NCBI GenBank assembly: GCA_051531975.1
Contig: JAOPTT010000005.1
Coordinates: 352,001-416,000, forward strand
Reading direction: 5' to 3'
From: Spirochaetaceae bacterium
GTDB taxonomy: Bacteria > Spirochaetota > Spirochaetia > DSM-2461
DNA: 64,000 nucleotides
Shown here: positions 1 through 10,009 of the stretch, piece by piece
Numbering within the stretch: position 1 is the first letter of the stretch
How the letters are laid out: every line of letters starts with the position of its first letter
Translations under genes and position numbers: made by a program
Notes under the pieces: generated by a model
Told to the model about the DNA's origin: nothing
Seen by the model: only the letters and a program-made list of their open reading frames with translations
The model's database searches: none

Positions 1-1230
1 AATATGTTCATTATTAACCTCATCCTCTTTAATAATATATGGTATTCTTGCCCTTACAGTAAAGCCACTATGTAATGTACTCGTTTCAAATGTTCCATTA
101 AGGCTATCTATTCTTTCTCTCATTCCCTGTAGACCAATACCTTCGTTTATCTTACTTGAGCCCCGTCCATTATCCCAGATACTTATAATTATTTCTCTGT
201 GAATTAAAGACATTATTATTGAAATACTAGTTGCTTTCCCATGACGGAAAGCATTGGTTAAACTCTCTTGGATAAGTCTATAAATTACTTCTTCTATCTT
301 TTTACCTAAAACATCTGGGACATTGCTGAAATCTATTTTTATGGTGATTCCTGTAATCTTCTCAAAAGTTTGTATTAGTTTATATAACCTTTTTACCCCA
401 ATTTCAGTTTCAGGAGAGAATGCTCTTAGTTTATAAAGTGCACTTCTTGCTTGTTCCATACCATCGTTCGTTTGTGTCTGGGATTGTAATAGTAGGGATT
501 TAATCTCTGGAGTGAGACCCTCTTTCATGGTTAATGCAGCTTGAATTATCATTAACTGATTTGTTAAAGTATAACCTATAATATCGTGCATTTCCCTTGA
601 TATTCTTTTACGTTCGTTCTCTATTGCATCGTGTTCTATAACAAAAGCATGGTTCTGAAAACCTAAGTTTATATCTGTTAACTCTTTTACAGCATTATCT
701 AATCTATTCAGATTAAAGGAACTATTTTGTACCTGTTTAAATAGCTTTTTCAGAAAAAGTGCCATAATAAGTATTAATAAAGATGTAAAAACAAAAAATA
801 GTAGCTGATTATTATCTGCTCTTCCATATTCAACTCCCCATGAGACAATATGTTTCTGGTTTAAAAATGTAATAATTGTAAACACTATTGATGGAATTGC
901 ACCATAATATTCAGGGATGTAATATATCGTTTCTAAAATTAAAGATGCTAATAATATAGTTTCAATATTTAAATAAGTCCCAAGAGGGTAACCTAATATT
1001 GATAATGCAATAAACTTTAAAATCAGAAGGAAAAGTCTTATTTTTTTTAGATAAATAATAAGTATAGATGTGATAAAAGAGAAAATTATTAACAAATAAC
1101 TTTGCATTTGCCAAGTATTAGGGTGGTCCCATGTTGTTATAAGAAATTTATAATCAAAAAAAACAAATAGGTGCACCGATATGGATATTCCTATAAGTAA
1201 TAGTGAAACATTCTTTTTCTCTCTAATCAT
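1..1230 (-). CDS. Membrane sensor histidine kinase, HisKA_3 (NarX/LiaS-like); 3' end runs off the window
   Basis: Not in the ORF track; translated by hand from ATG 1230 (MIREKKNVS). Hydrophobic N-terminus, H-box ERKRISREMHDIIGYTLT, N-box QESLTNAFRHG, G-box DNGRG...EGIGLQGMRERI. An overlapping ATG at 11 (MNI...) behind GAGG probably starts the cognate response regulator. Confidence 0.88.
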   Translation of the reverse strand, partial: MIREKKNVSLLLIGISISVHLFVFFDYKFLITTWDHPNTWQMQSYLLIIFSFITSILIIYLKKIRLFLLILKFIALSILGYPLGTYLNIETILLASLILETIYYIPEYYGAIPSIVFTIITFLNQKHIVSWGVEYGRADNNQLLFFVFTSLLILIMALFLKKLFKQVQNSSFNLNRLDNAVKELTDINLGFQNHAFVIEHDAIENERKRISREMHDIIGYTLTNQLMIIQAALTMKEGLTPEIKSLLLQSQTQTNDGMEQARSALYKLRAFSPETEIGVKRLYKLIQTFEKITGITIKIDFSNVPDVLGKKIEEVIYRLIQESLTNAFRHGKATSISIIMSLIHREIIISIWDNGRGSSKINEGIGLQGMRERIDSLNGTFETSTLHSGFTVRARIPYIIKEDEVNNEHI

Positions 1231-1371
1231 AGGTTATGATATATCAATTTATTCACATTAGGTATATTTTTTTAATCACTGCAAAAAACACTACTTATGT
1301 ACGCCTGAACTGGAAGGAATAAGCAAAATTGTCTATATAATAATAGGGTAATTAAATTAACATCAAATAAT

Positions 1372-1394
1372 ATGGGTGTTTGTTAGACACCCAT
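1372..1394 (-). terminator. Probable intrinsic terminator after the 615-aa gene
   Basis: Inverted repeat ATGGGTGT/ACACCCAT just past the stop at 1402, with an AT-rich tail. Confidence 0.55.
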
Positions 1395-1401
1395 TTCTAT
1401 A

Positions 1402-3249
1402 TTAACGGTCATACTCATAATATTTTGTAAAATAGTTAGCGGCCTCTTCCCACCCAATACCTGGGTATACATAGTTTTTAGGTTTTTTACCATTTTCATT
1501 TTTATAGATGTGAAGATAGTGTTCTCCATCAACTTCAACTCTAAGTCCTATATCTGGTATTCCATCTGGTTTATTTGAATTGCGACCTATAAAATCTGCA
1601 ACTCTCATAGATATTGGATTCCCGGTCGGAATACCTGGAATTTGTAGGTCAAATAGTTTCTCTTCTCCACTATAGATAGAAGATGGGTTAGCAAAAATAA
1701 ATTCATGGTAGCCATCTCCTGTCCAATCTACAGAGAACGCTGTATTCCCTGGGGAGAATAGCTTAAGAACTTCTCCATCTTGGTTAATTAGAGCCTGGGG
1801 ATTTCCATCTTGGTAGTGAACTTTTGTCATTAGCTGGAACTGATCCTTCAAATCCTTATCATTAGGAAAGAAATAACCACCAATTAGATATTCGAAGTGC
1901 TCACCAGTTACCTCCCAAATGTTATTTCCATTAACATCGTATAGTGCAACTCCGGAAGCATCACAATATGTTACACCTATGTTCCACTCTCCATTCTGTT
2001 TAATAGGTACAATTCCATCTATATGACCACCATACCACAATTTAACTGAGTTTGATTTAAGTGTTGTTCTTACAGTACCATCAGCATTTAAAATAGCTGC
2101 TCCAGTAATAATCTCGTCTATTCCATCGGAATCCAGATCGTAAGCTGCAATTCTATGAGCTAACATGAAACCTCCTGGGTCTCTCTCTTTCCATAATAGG
2201 TTTAAGTCTTTATCAAATGCCCAAATTGTATGATAGGCATCTTTTAATAGGAAATCTTTTTTACCATTTCCATCTAAATCCGCTAATATAAGACAGTCGC
2301 TGGAATCCACAGCTCCTACAGCAATTTTTTTCTCTATTTCACCAGTAAGACCGTTAAACTGACGTAAAAAACCGTCGGTAGCCATGTAGAGTTTCTGGTT
2401 AAAAACTACAAAAGCTGCAGATGAACCACGACCCATACCAATCTTTGACGGCCAATCTCTCTCATTTCTCCAACTCCATAAAACATTGCCCTCTAAGTCT
2501 TGCACTGCAAAAGTTGCAACTCTATTAATATCTGGCATCTCTACGTAGTATCTCATCGTGATTATCTCTACTACACCATCACCTGTTAAGTCTCCTGCAA
2601 TCCAGTAGATTCCTCCATCTTCTGTATCTAGTTTTATAGAGAGATCAGGTTTAATAGTTTTAGGTCCTGTAACTGGAAATTTAGGATTAGCACTGTGGTC
2701 ATAAACAGGAATATCTTTTTTTATTTTGTTGGCATAATATTTAGGACTTCTGACTGTGAATGCCATATAAGCCATACAAAGTACTGCTACAAAGAGCAGA
2801 CTATTACAGCTATAGATAATAATTTTACCTGGATTTAGATTGTTTTTATCTTTCTTAAGAGTAAAAAACAGTATAGCTCCCGAAATAAAAATAGAAACTA
2901 TTAACACTCCATTCTGAAGTAATTTAATAGGTAGTAGTTGCAGGTATAAACTTTGAACTTCTGGGTATATAATTGCAACTAGACCCCAATAAACAGCTAA
3001 CTGAAAACTCAGATAGATTGTTGTAAGTACTCGATTATATTTTTTACCCTTATGTATTCGAATTAGAGATATTATGGAAGTTATAAGCAGAAATAGAACA
3101 AATATATATGCTGCTAGAAATGAGTTATCTCCTAGGGGGATAGCTCCTTTTACAAATTTATTAATTAAGACCCATACTAACCTTAATGAGAATATCATAA
3201 AGACTGAAAATAGCCCGGATAGTGTTACAAATAGATTAAACTTTTTCAT
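1402..3249 (-). CDS. Membrane-anchored FG-GAP/beta-propeller protein, rhamnogalacturonan lyase (PL11)-like repeats
   Basis: About 5 N-terminal TM helices followed by repeated Ca-binding loops GDLTGDGVVEI, ADLDGNGKKDF, YDLDSDGIDEI, VDWTGDGYHEF and a GHIDG motif. Confidence 0.6.
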   Translation of the reverse strand: MKKFNLFVTLSGLFSVFMIFSLRLVWVLINKFVKGAIPLGDNSFLAAYIFVLFLLITSIISLIRIHKGKKYNRVLTTIYLSFQLAVYWGLVAIIYPEVQSLYLQLLPIKLLQNGVLIVSIFISGAILFFTLKKDKNNLNPGKIIIYSCNSLLFVAVLCMAYMAFTVRSPKYYANKIKKDIPVYDHSANPKFPVTGPKTIKPDLSIKLDTEDGGIYWIAGDLTGDGVVEIITMRYYVEMPDINRVATFAVQDLEGNVLWSWRNERDWPSKIGMGRGSSAAFVVFNQKLYMATDGFLRQFNGLTGEIEKKIAVGAVDSSDCLILADLDGNGKKDFLLKDAYHTIWAFDKDLNLLWKERDPGGFMLAHRIAAYDLDSDGIDEIITGAAILNADGTVRTTLKSNSVKLWYGGHIDGIVPIKQNGEWNIGVTYCDASGVALYDVNGNNIWEVTGEHFEYLIGGYFFPNDKDLKDQFQLMTKVHYQDGNPQALINQDGEVLKLFSPGNTAFSVDWTGDGYHEFIFANPSSIYSGEEKLFDLQIPGIPTGNPISMRVADFIGRNSNKPDGIPDIGLRVEVDGEHYLHIYKNENGKKPKNYVYPGIGWEEAANYFTKYYEYDR

Positions 3250-4520
3250 AATTTAGCATCCTTTCTCTTTAGTATAAATAGTGGGATAAGTGGTAATAGT
3301 CCAACTAAAGCTGAAACTTGGTAGATAACAGGTGTAGGAATAAATCCTTCTAAACCATTAATCACAGATGGAATACCCAATATTGTTATTAATTTTGCTC
3401 CAATTGCTGGCCCAATTATCATAGGTAACATAACCATAAAAATTAACCTAACACCCTGAAACTGGCCTCTAGCATCGGCCGGCATAAGGTTTCTAGACCA
3501 TGCTCCTAAAACAATAAACATTAAAAACCCAACATTTTTTAGGGCACCAAACACTCCTAAAAGTATTAAATTATCGGTAGTGGAAAATAGAAACTGGCCT
3601 AATGATGCAATAATAAATCCTACAACTACTACAGGGAATCCTTTACCTTTGTCTGTTAATATACCAATAGGTAGTGCAAATAAAATCAACACTGGAGCTA
3701 CTAAAGCTGTTAATATTCCAGCTATAGATTTTGATATTTCAAGGTAGTTATTTATATAAATCATCTCATAAGGTGCAATAATCTGGGTAGAGATTGAATA
3801 TATAGTTATGGTTAAAAAAACCAGATACAGACTGGTGTTATTTTTAATACTTTTTATAGTAAATATCTGGATTAACTCCTTGAAGTAGTTTTTGTCTGTT
3901 CCTACTGCAGATTTTTTTAGATTAGGGCTATCTTTTAAAAGTAATGAACCTGTAGTACCCATGATCAGAACCATAGACCCTAGAGATAGAAAAAATGGGA
4001 AATAACCAAACTTATCAATTATTAACCCAGATAACCCCATACCGATTATTACTGCAAAAACTGGAAGAATATTTAAAAGTGCTTCAACTTTACCTCTATT
4101 CCCTTTGTGGGTGATATCCGTAACCCAAGCATTAAAAGCTGCATCGTTCGCAGTTGATCCAAAAAATGTCATAACTGCATCTAGGGCTATAACTAAAATT
4201 ATAGCCAACTGAACCGACTTTGTCCAAGATGACATAGGGAATGCTATAGTTGATAGTGCCCATAATATATACCCTAAAAATATAAAGGGTTTACGACGAC
4301 CAATTCGATCACTTAAAGTTCCCATGAGTAGGGTTGTTATTGTTGCAACTATGGCACTAACTGCAACCATAATTGCTATTGGTTCCGGGTTTGGAGTTAT
4401 GGTGTCGTAAACAAATGTATTAAACCAAGAGTTCTCAACATTCCATGCGATAAATCCACTTAAACCTAATAAGGTCATAACGATCCAATTTTTTTTACTA
4501 ACTGTGTTAAATTCTTTCAT
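3246..4520 (-). CDS. MFS transporter, probable sugar/oligosaccharide permease
   Basis: About 12 TM segments; MFS motif A GTLSDRIGRRKP; 4-bp overlaps with both neighbours. Confidence 0.88.
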   Translation of the reverse strand: MKEFNTVSKKNWIVMTLLGLSGFIAWNVENSWFNTFVYDTITPNPEPIAIMVAVSAIVATITTLLMGTLSDRIGRRKPFIFLGYILWALSTIAFPMSSWTKSVQLAIILVIALDAVMTFFGSTANDAAFNAWVTDITHKGNRGKVEALLNILPVFAVIIGMGLSGLIIDKFGYFPFFLSLGSMVLIMGTTGSLLLKDSPNLKKSAVGTDKNYFKELIQIFTIKSIKNNTSLYLVFLTITIYSISTQIIAPYEMIYINNYLEISKSIAGILTALVAPVLILFALPIGILTDKGKGFPVVVVGFIIASLGQFLFSTTDNLILLGVFGALKNVGFLMFIVLGAWSRNLMPADARGQFQGVRLIFMVMLPMIIGPAIGAKLITILGIPSVINGLEGFIPTPVIYQVSALVGLLPLIPLFILKRKDAKL

Positions 4521-6331
4521 TTCTCCGTCCTTAATAAAAATTCGTTATATATTTTTTGATTTAGAGACCTAACAACATTGGTATCTATCTTCTGAACTTT
4601 CCTGTCATAACTAAAATAACCATTTGACTCAATTTCAACATCTGTTAACTGGGTATAAACCGCTACAGACAGGCCATTTTTTATTTTTGGTATTAACTGA
4701 TCCTCTATTAAATTAATATAAGCTTTCTCAAGACTGTTTTTATCTTTAAAAGATTTATATCCATACTTTTTATTTTCATTCCACATATGTCCTGGGACAT
4801 TTAGGTTATACCCCCCATATTCAGAAAGAAAGTATATTCTATCCTCTCTCTTTTTTTTGTTTTTAAGAGCAAAAGTGTAAGTATGAATACTAGAAAAATC
4901 TCCAACCCCTTGATCTATCCAACCAGATGCGTGGTCAATTAATCTTGTTGGGTCTTTAGCACCTATTTCTTTTGTAATTCGTACAGAATCATATTGTCCC
5001 CAGGCCTCGTTAAATGGAACCCATATAATTATGGATGGGTGGTTATGCAGATGTTCCATCATAGAATGTAGTTCGTTTTCAAAATCTTCTCTGGACTCTT
5101 TAGTATTACGTAGGGTTCTTTTATGTGCCTTTTTTGTAGAGTCATTAAATTTTACTCCAGCTATTATACTTGCAAAAAGAATTGGATTTTTAGTCCATTC
5201 ACTTCCTCCAGAAACAGCATCCTGAATCACTAACAGACCTAACCTATCCGCATGGTAATACCATCTTCTAGGCTCAATTTTTATATGTTTTCTAGTCATG
5301 TTAAAACCAAGCTCTATAGTTTTTTCTATATCAAAAAGAATTGCCTCTTCACATAATGGGGTCATTCCTGATTCTGGCCAATACCCCTGATCTAATGGTC
5401 CATGTAGAAAAATTGGTTTGTTGTTCAGCAGTACTCTCTTATGTCCATTTTTACAAATCTCACTTGAAATTTTACGCATTCCAAAATAACTATCTACAAA
5501 ATCAGGGGAACTTTTATTTGAGATAATCTCGATTTTAATTCCATATAAAATAGGCGTTTGTGGGGACCATAATTTATAGTCTTCAAAAGGCAATTTATAC
5601 ATTGTATTAGATTTGCATTCAGTTGTTTTTATAGTTTTATCACCTTCTGTAATAGTTACCCTTAACTTGGTATCTATTATTGTGGTAGTTGTTAATTCAA
5701 CTAAGTTTGTGTCTATATTGGGGGTTATTTTAATTGAAATAATACTGTTATCGACTGGTATGGGTTCAAGCCAAACCGTTTGCCAAATTCCACTTGTCGC
5801 CTCATAATAAATCCCAGTAGGATTAAGTACCTGTTTCCCACGTTGCTGAAACCCATTATCTGTACTATCTTCTACGGCTAAGATTATCTGGTTGTCTTTT
5901 GAATTTAACTTATCTGTAATATCAAAACAAAAAGGAATATATCCACCTTTATGCTCCCCAACCTTTACACCATTTACATAACAGATACAAAACCAGTCCA
6001 CAGCTTCAAAATTAAGAACTATTTTCTCCCCACTCCAGGACTCTGGTACTGTCACAGACCTTCTATACCATAGGGATTGCCCAGGTTTTAGAGGCTTAGT
6101 TACACCAGAGAGTTCTGTCTCTATTGCAAACGGTACTAATATATCACCTTCCCAATTAATTCCATCTTTCAAAGATATATTATTAATAGTTTTATCTATA
6201 ACAGCGTAATCCCAGATCCCATTTAAGTTTAGCCACCTATCTCTTAAAAGTTCAGGTCTAGGGTACTCATTTAATGGAAGTTCTCTATTTATAGTTTTAC
6301 TCCATGGTGTATTTAAATGTCTAGGTTTCAT
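4517..6331 (-). CDS. Glycoside hydrolase family 2
   Basis: YPRP-LNGIWDY, LNFEAVD, HKGGY, SGIWQTVWLE, LDQGYWP, RKHIK; acid/base PFNEAWGQ and nucleophile SEYGG. Confidence 0.92.
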   Translation of the reverse strand: MKPRHLNTPWSKTINRELPLNEYPRPELLRDRWLNLNGIWDYAVIDKTINNISLKDGINWEGDILVPFAIETELSGVTKPLKPGQSLWYRRSVTVPESWSGEKIVLNFEAVDWFCICYVNGVKVGEHKGGYIPFCFDITDKLNSKDNQIILAVEDSTDNGFQQRGKQVLNPTGIYYEATSGIWQTVWLEPIPVDNSIISIKITPNIDTNLVELTTTTIIDTKLRVTITEGDKTIKTTECKSNTMYKLPFEDYKLWSPQTPILYGIKIEIISNKSSPDFVDSYFGMRKISSEICKNGHKRVLLNNKPIFLHGPLDQGYWPESGMTPLCEEAILFDIEKTIELGFNMTRKHIKIEPRRWYYHADRLGLLVIQDAVSGGSEWTKNPILFASIIAGVKFNDSTKKAHKRTLRNTKESREDFENELHSMMEHLHNHPSIIIWVPFNEAWGQYDSVRITKEIGAKDPTRLIDHASGWIDQGVGDFSSIHTYTFALKNKKKREDRIYFLSEYGGYNLNVPGHMWNENKKYGYKSFKDKNSLEKAYINLIEDQLIPKIKNGLSVAVYTQLTDVEIESNGYFSYDRKVQKIDTNVVRSLNQKIYNEFLLRTEK

Positions 6332-6360
6332 TATATCCTCTTTGGTTTATGTTTTGTTAA

Positions 6361-6390
6361 AGTATATTATCACAAATATATAGTTGTCAA
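6361..6390 (-). promoter_or_regulatory. Putative sigma70 promoter of the GH2 operon
   Basis: TTGACA (6390-6385), 18-nt spacer, TATACT (6366-6361); GAGGA SD before ATG 6331. Confidence 0.55.
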
Positions 6391-6449
6391 ACAAAATCAG
6401 CTGTATTTACTTGGATTATATTACTTCCGCTTTTAGTAAACTAAATTGC

Positions 6450-6478
6450 TTGTTTCAATATATTAGACATGTTATAAT
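6450..6478 (+). promoter_or_regulatory. Putative extended -10 promoter for a leaderless regulator mRNA
   Basis: TTGTTT-17-TATAAT with TGn extension; the -10 ends at 6478, ATG is at 6485, no SD. Confidence 0.55.
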
Positions 6479-6484
6479 TAAAAT

Positions 6485-7387
6485 ATGAAAGATTTAGAGG
6501 TTCCCCCGTCCAATTTTAGAAAAGTAGCCAAAGCTCTAGCTGGTGAGATTAGAATTCAAATTTTAGAACTACTTACAAATGAGCAAAAAAACTTAAACGA
6601 GATAGCAACAGCTATAGATATACCCCTATCTACAGCTACAGTGAATGTACAAAAACTAGAGGATGCTGGTCTTATTTCTGCAAAACTTGAACCTGGGAAA
6701 AGGGGAACACAAAAAATTTGTTCACTAAATTTTAATAAAGTTATTTTTGATATTGGTAACAAACAGAATATGGTTCCATTTAAAGAAATAAGTATTCCAG
6801 TTGGACATTTTTCAAATGCAAAAGTTACACCTCCATGTGGTATCTGCACCGATATCCATAGGCTAGGTAAAGTTAACGATTTTAGATCCTACTACCTTCC
6901 TGAAAGGTTAAAAGCCCAACTAATTTGGTTTAATACTGGTTTTTTAGAGTATAATTTTCCTAAAAGTGAAGATATAGACCCTATAGAATCTTTAGAGATA
7001 ATTATGGAGATCTGTTCTGAGGTTCCATATTATAATAACAGTGCTAAATCTGATATCTCAGTATGGATAAATGATATTGATTTAGGTTTTTGGAGATCAC
7101 CTGGTGATTTCGGTGGTAAAAAAGGTCGTCTAACTCCTAAGTGGTGGGGTATACATAAGACACAGTACGGCTTATTAGTAACCTGGAAAATAACCAATAA
7201 TGGAACCTATTGTAATAATAATCTTGTATCTGAAGTTTGTCTAAAACATCTGCAACTAGGGGACAATGCTTTTATATCTGTTAAGATTGGTGTTAAAGAG
7301 GATGCTAAATATGCTAGGGGAATTAACCTCTTTGGTCAGAAATTTGGAAATCATCCTACAGATATTGTAATGAGATTTAATATATAA
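6485..7387 (+). CDS. ArsR-type HTH regulator with large C-terminal domain (COG4189-like, found beside sugar-utilisation genes)
   Basis: N-terminal wHTH (KALA..RIQILELL..LEDAGLI..GKRGTQKIC); conserved C-terminal W.SPGDFG...G.LTPKWW, QYGLL, GINLFG..FGN. Confidence 0.8.
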   Translation: MKDLEVPPSNFRKVAKALAGEIRIQILELLTNEQKNLNEIATAIDIPLSTATVNVQKLEDAGLISAKLEPGKRGTQKICSLNFNKVIFDIGNKQNMVPFKEISIPVGHFSNAKVTPPCGICTDIHRLGKVNDFRSYYLPERLKAQLIWFNTGFLEYNFPKSEDIDPIESLEIIMEICSEVPYYNNSAKSDISVWINDIDLGFWRSPGDFGGKKGRLTPKWWGIHKTQYGLLVTWKITNNGTYCNNNLVSEVCLKHLQLGDNAFISVKIGVKEDAKYARGINLFGQKFGNHPTDIVMRFNI

Positions 7388-7486
7388 AAAGATTCTTCAT
7401 ATATTCCTCTGTTTTTTGTTGACCTTAATGCAATCATGCCATAATATTCTTTCGGAACAAATTTTATTCATAAATAGAGGTTGTAT

Positions 7487-8530
7487 ATGCGAATTGAATC
7501 AGAAATTAAATTAGGTTTTAAAGATGTTATGTTTAGACCAAAAAGATCTACATTAAAAAGTAGAAGTCAGGTTGAATTAGTGAGAACATATAACTTTAGA
7601 AATGCAGACAATGGTAATGTCACATGGTCAGGTATTCCAGTAGTTGCTGCAAATATGGATACAGTTGGAACTTTTGAAATGGCAACAGCTATTAGTAAAC
7701 AGAAATTATTAACTGCTGTACATAAACACTATAGCCAAGAAGAGTGGAAAACATATCTAGATAAGTGTGATACACCTGAATATATTATGATTAGTACAGG
7801 AACAAGTGAACACGACTATACTAAACTGGTTAATATAGTAAATGAAAATCCAAAAATTACAATGATCTGTATTGATGTAGCAAATGGTTACTCTGAGCAC
7901 TTTGTAGCATTTGTTAAAAAAGTAAGAAATCAATTTCCAACTAAAGTTATTACAGCTGGTAATGTTGTAACAGGGGAGATGGTCGAAGAACTTATATTAG
8001 CCGGAGCAGATATTATTAAGGTTGGAATAGGACCTGGTTCAGTTTGTACTACACGGGTAAAAACAGGTGTTGGTTATCCACAAATTTCCGCAATTATTGA
8101 GTGTGCAGATGCTGCCCATGGTCTTGGTGGACATATTATTGCAGATGGTGGTTGTACATGTCCTGGAGATGTATCTAAAGCTTTTGGTGCTGGTGCAGAT
8201 TTTGTAATGTTAGGTGGAATGTTATCTGGTCACAAAGAGAGTGGTGGAGAAGTTACAGAACGAGATGGCCAAAAATATGTGAGTTTTTATGGAATGAGTA
8301 GTAAAGTGGCTATGGATAAACATGCTGGTGGAGTTGCTAATTATAGAGCTTCTGAAGGCAAAGCCGTTGAAGTTAAATATAGAGGTCCTGTAGACAATAC
8401 TCTTAACGATATATTAGGTGGAGTTAGATCTACATGTACTTATGTTGGTGCCGCAACTTTAAAAGAGTTAACTAAAAGAACTACATTTATTCGAGTTCAG
8501 GAACAAGAAAACCAAGTTTTTAACGGGTAA
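7487..8530 (+). CDS. guaC: GMP reductase (type 1, long form)
   Basis: [35 protein letters not shown], catalytic [27 protein letters not shown] 7487 fits the GAGG SD better than TTG 7481. Promoter TTGACC-17-TAATAT at 7419-7447. Confidence 0.97.
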   Translation: MRIESEIKLGFKDVMFRPKRSTLKSRSQVELVRTYNFRNADNGNVTWSGIPVVAANMDTVGTFEMATAISKQKLLTAVHKHYSQEEWKTYLDKCDTPEYIMISTGTSEHDYTKLVNIVNENPKITMICIDVANGYSEHFVAFVKKVRNQFPTKVITAGNVVTGEMVEELILAGADIIKVGIGPGSVCTTRVKTGVGYPQISAIIECADAAHGLGGHIIADGGCTCPGDVSKAFGAGADFVMLGGMLSGHKESGGEVTERDGQKYVSFYGMSSKVAMDKHAGGVANYRASEGKAVEVKYRGPVDNTLNDILGGVRSTCTYVGAATLKELTKRTTFIRVQEQENQVFNG

Positions 8531-8550
8531 TTATATTTAGTAAATTAAGG

Positions 8551-8587
8551 TCTTTCCGGATATGAAATTTTATCTGGAAAGATTTTC
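8551..8587 (+). terminator. Intrinsic terminator after guaC
   Basis: TCTTTCCGGATA/TATCTGGAAAGA stem followed by T-rich tail. Confidence 0.7.
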
Positions 8588-8634
8588 AACTTTGTAGATT
8601 TTAGCATTATAAAATGATATTATAAAAAGATAAC

Positions 8635-8973
8635 ATGTCAAAAAAAATACCTTTACTTTTTACTTTATATTTTCTCTTTTTATGGGGTGGTCAACTCTCA
8701 TCTGGAAAGGCATCTTTAGAACCTAATATTGTCAATTTATATCTGATTCCTCTCTATATATGTTTTTTTTCAAGGGCAATAATTTGGTTCATTATTTTAA
8801 AAAAAATGGATTTAATAAAAGCTTATACAATATCTAGTATTAACTATCTGATAATGCCATTACTCTCTTTTTTAGTTTTTGGGGAACTTTTTAAACCTAA
8901 ACATTTTATTGGTGGTTCTATAATAATTATAGGGATCTGGATTTACAAAATGGGGGAGAAAAAAACAGTATGA
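8635..8973 (+). CDS. SMR/EamA small membrane protein, ArnE/ArnF-like flippase subunit
   Basis: 112 aa, 4 TM; pattern W..ILKKMDL.KAY..SS.NY...S.LVFGE...GG.II..GI. Confidence 0.7.
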   Translation: MSKKIPLLFTLYFLFLWGGQLSSGKASLEPNIVNLYLIPLYICFFSRAIIWFIILKKMDLIKAYTISSINYLIMPLLSFLVFGELFKPKHFIGGSIIIIGIWIYKMGEKKTV

Positions 8974-9290
8974 CGTTAATCTATATGTTAATAATGTGCA
9001 TTTTAACCTCAAGTGGCCAGATTCTAGTAAAAAAAGGGATAAACAAGGGTAATAAAAGATATTATCTTGAGCCATATATCATAACCGGGGGATTATTAAT
9101 AGTTATCGCTCCAATGTTATACCTGAAAGTTCTAAGTAGAATTGGGCTTACTAATGCATACGGTTTAAATGGCTTAAGTTACCTTATTATATACTTTATG
9201 AGTATCGTCTTTTTGAAAGAGAAAGGCAGTGTTTTGCAAACTGTAGGAATTATTTGTATAACTATAGGGGTTCTTATTTGGTCGATCTAA
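8970..9290 (+). CDS. SMR/EamA small membrane protein, second flippase subunit
   Basis: 106 aa, 4 TM; SSGQILVKKG, AYGLNGLSY, FLKEK; ATGA overlap with the previous gene. Confidence 0.72.
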   Translation: MTLIYMLIMCILTSSGQILVKKGINKGNKRYYLEPYIITGGLLIVIAPMLYLKVLSRIGLTNAYGLNGLSYLIIYFMSIVFLKEKGSVLQTVGIICITIGVLIWSI

Positions 9291-10009
9291 CTATAATAAT
9301 CCCAGTGTATAATGGGTTGCAAAATATTGAACCACTTTTAAAAGAGTTAGTTCCAAAACTTGAAACTTTAAATAAAAATTGGAATATTCTTTTTATAGAT
9401 GACCATAGCACAGATAATGCCTTTGATTTTCTAATAGAGCAAAATTTTTTAGATTCAAGAATTTCTTGTATAAGATTAAAAGACAATAGGGGACAACAAA
9501 ATGCAGTTTTTTGTGGATTAGTTCAGTCAAAAGGCAGACATGTGATCACAATGGATGATGATCTTCAACACCCTATAAAAACAGTAGATAACTTATTAGA
9601 AAAAATAGAAGAGGGGTATGACCTGGTTTATGCTGTTAATAGAAGCTCTGATAGGAGACTTTCTCTAAGATTTGGTTCATGGATAAATGGCCTATTTTTC
9701 ACTTTTTTTTTAAAAAAACCATATAAAATTGAAATAGGTAGCTATCGCATATTTACAAGGGAATTAATAGATGAGATAAAAGTTTGTGATAATAGATTTA
9801 TATATGTCTCCGCACTTATATTTTCAAAAGTTAAAGATCCTAAGATTTTTTCTTTAACTTATACCCCAACTATTACAGGTAGTAAAATTAGTAGAATTAA
9901 TTTTAAAAGTAGATTGAAGTTATTCATTATGTTATTCAAAAATTACGGTCCCTTAAAGCGCTTTTTAAAAGTGATTGGTGAACCTTTTGAAATAGAGAAG
10001 GTTATATGA
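9278..10009 (+). CDS. GT2 polyprenyl-phosphate glycosyltransferase (ArnC/GtrB/DPM1-like)
   Basis: IIIPVYN, IDDHSTD, NRGQQNAV..GL, ITMDDDLQHP, GYDLVY. TTG 9278 behind AGGGG chosen over TTG 9254. Lacks the two long C-terminal TM helices of ArnC/GtrB. Confidence 0.85.
   Translation: MVDLTIIIPVYNGLQNIEPLLKELVPKLETLNKNWNILFIDDHSTDNAFDFLIEQNFLDSRISCIRLKDNRGQQNAVFCGLVQSKGRHVITMDDDLQHPIKTVDNLLEKIEEGYDLVYAVNRSSDRRLSLRFGSWINGLFFTFFLKKPYKIEIGSYRIFTRELIDEIKVCDNRFIYVSALIFSKVKDPKIFSLTYTPTITGSKISRINFKSRLKLFIMLFKNYGPLKRFLKVIGEPFEIEKVI

Noticed and set aside
7388..7486. Purine riboswitch upstream of guaC
   Set aside because: Predicted leader is only about 35 nt and lacks the aptamer core.
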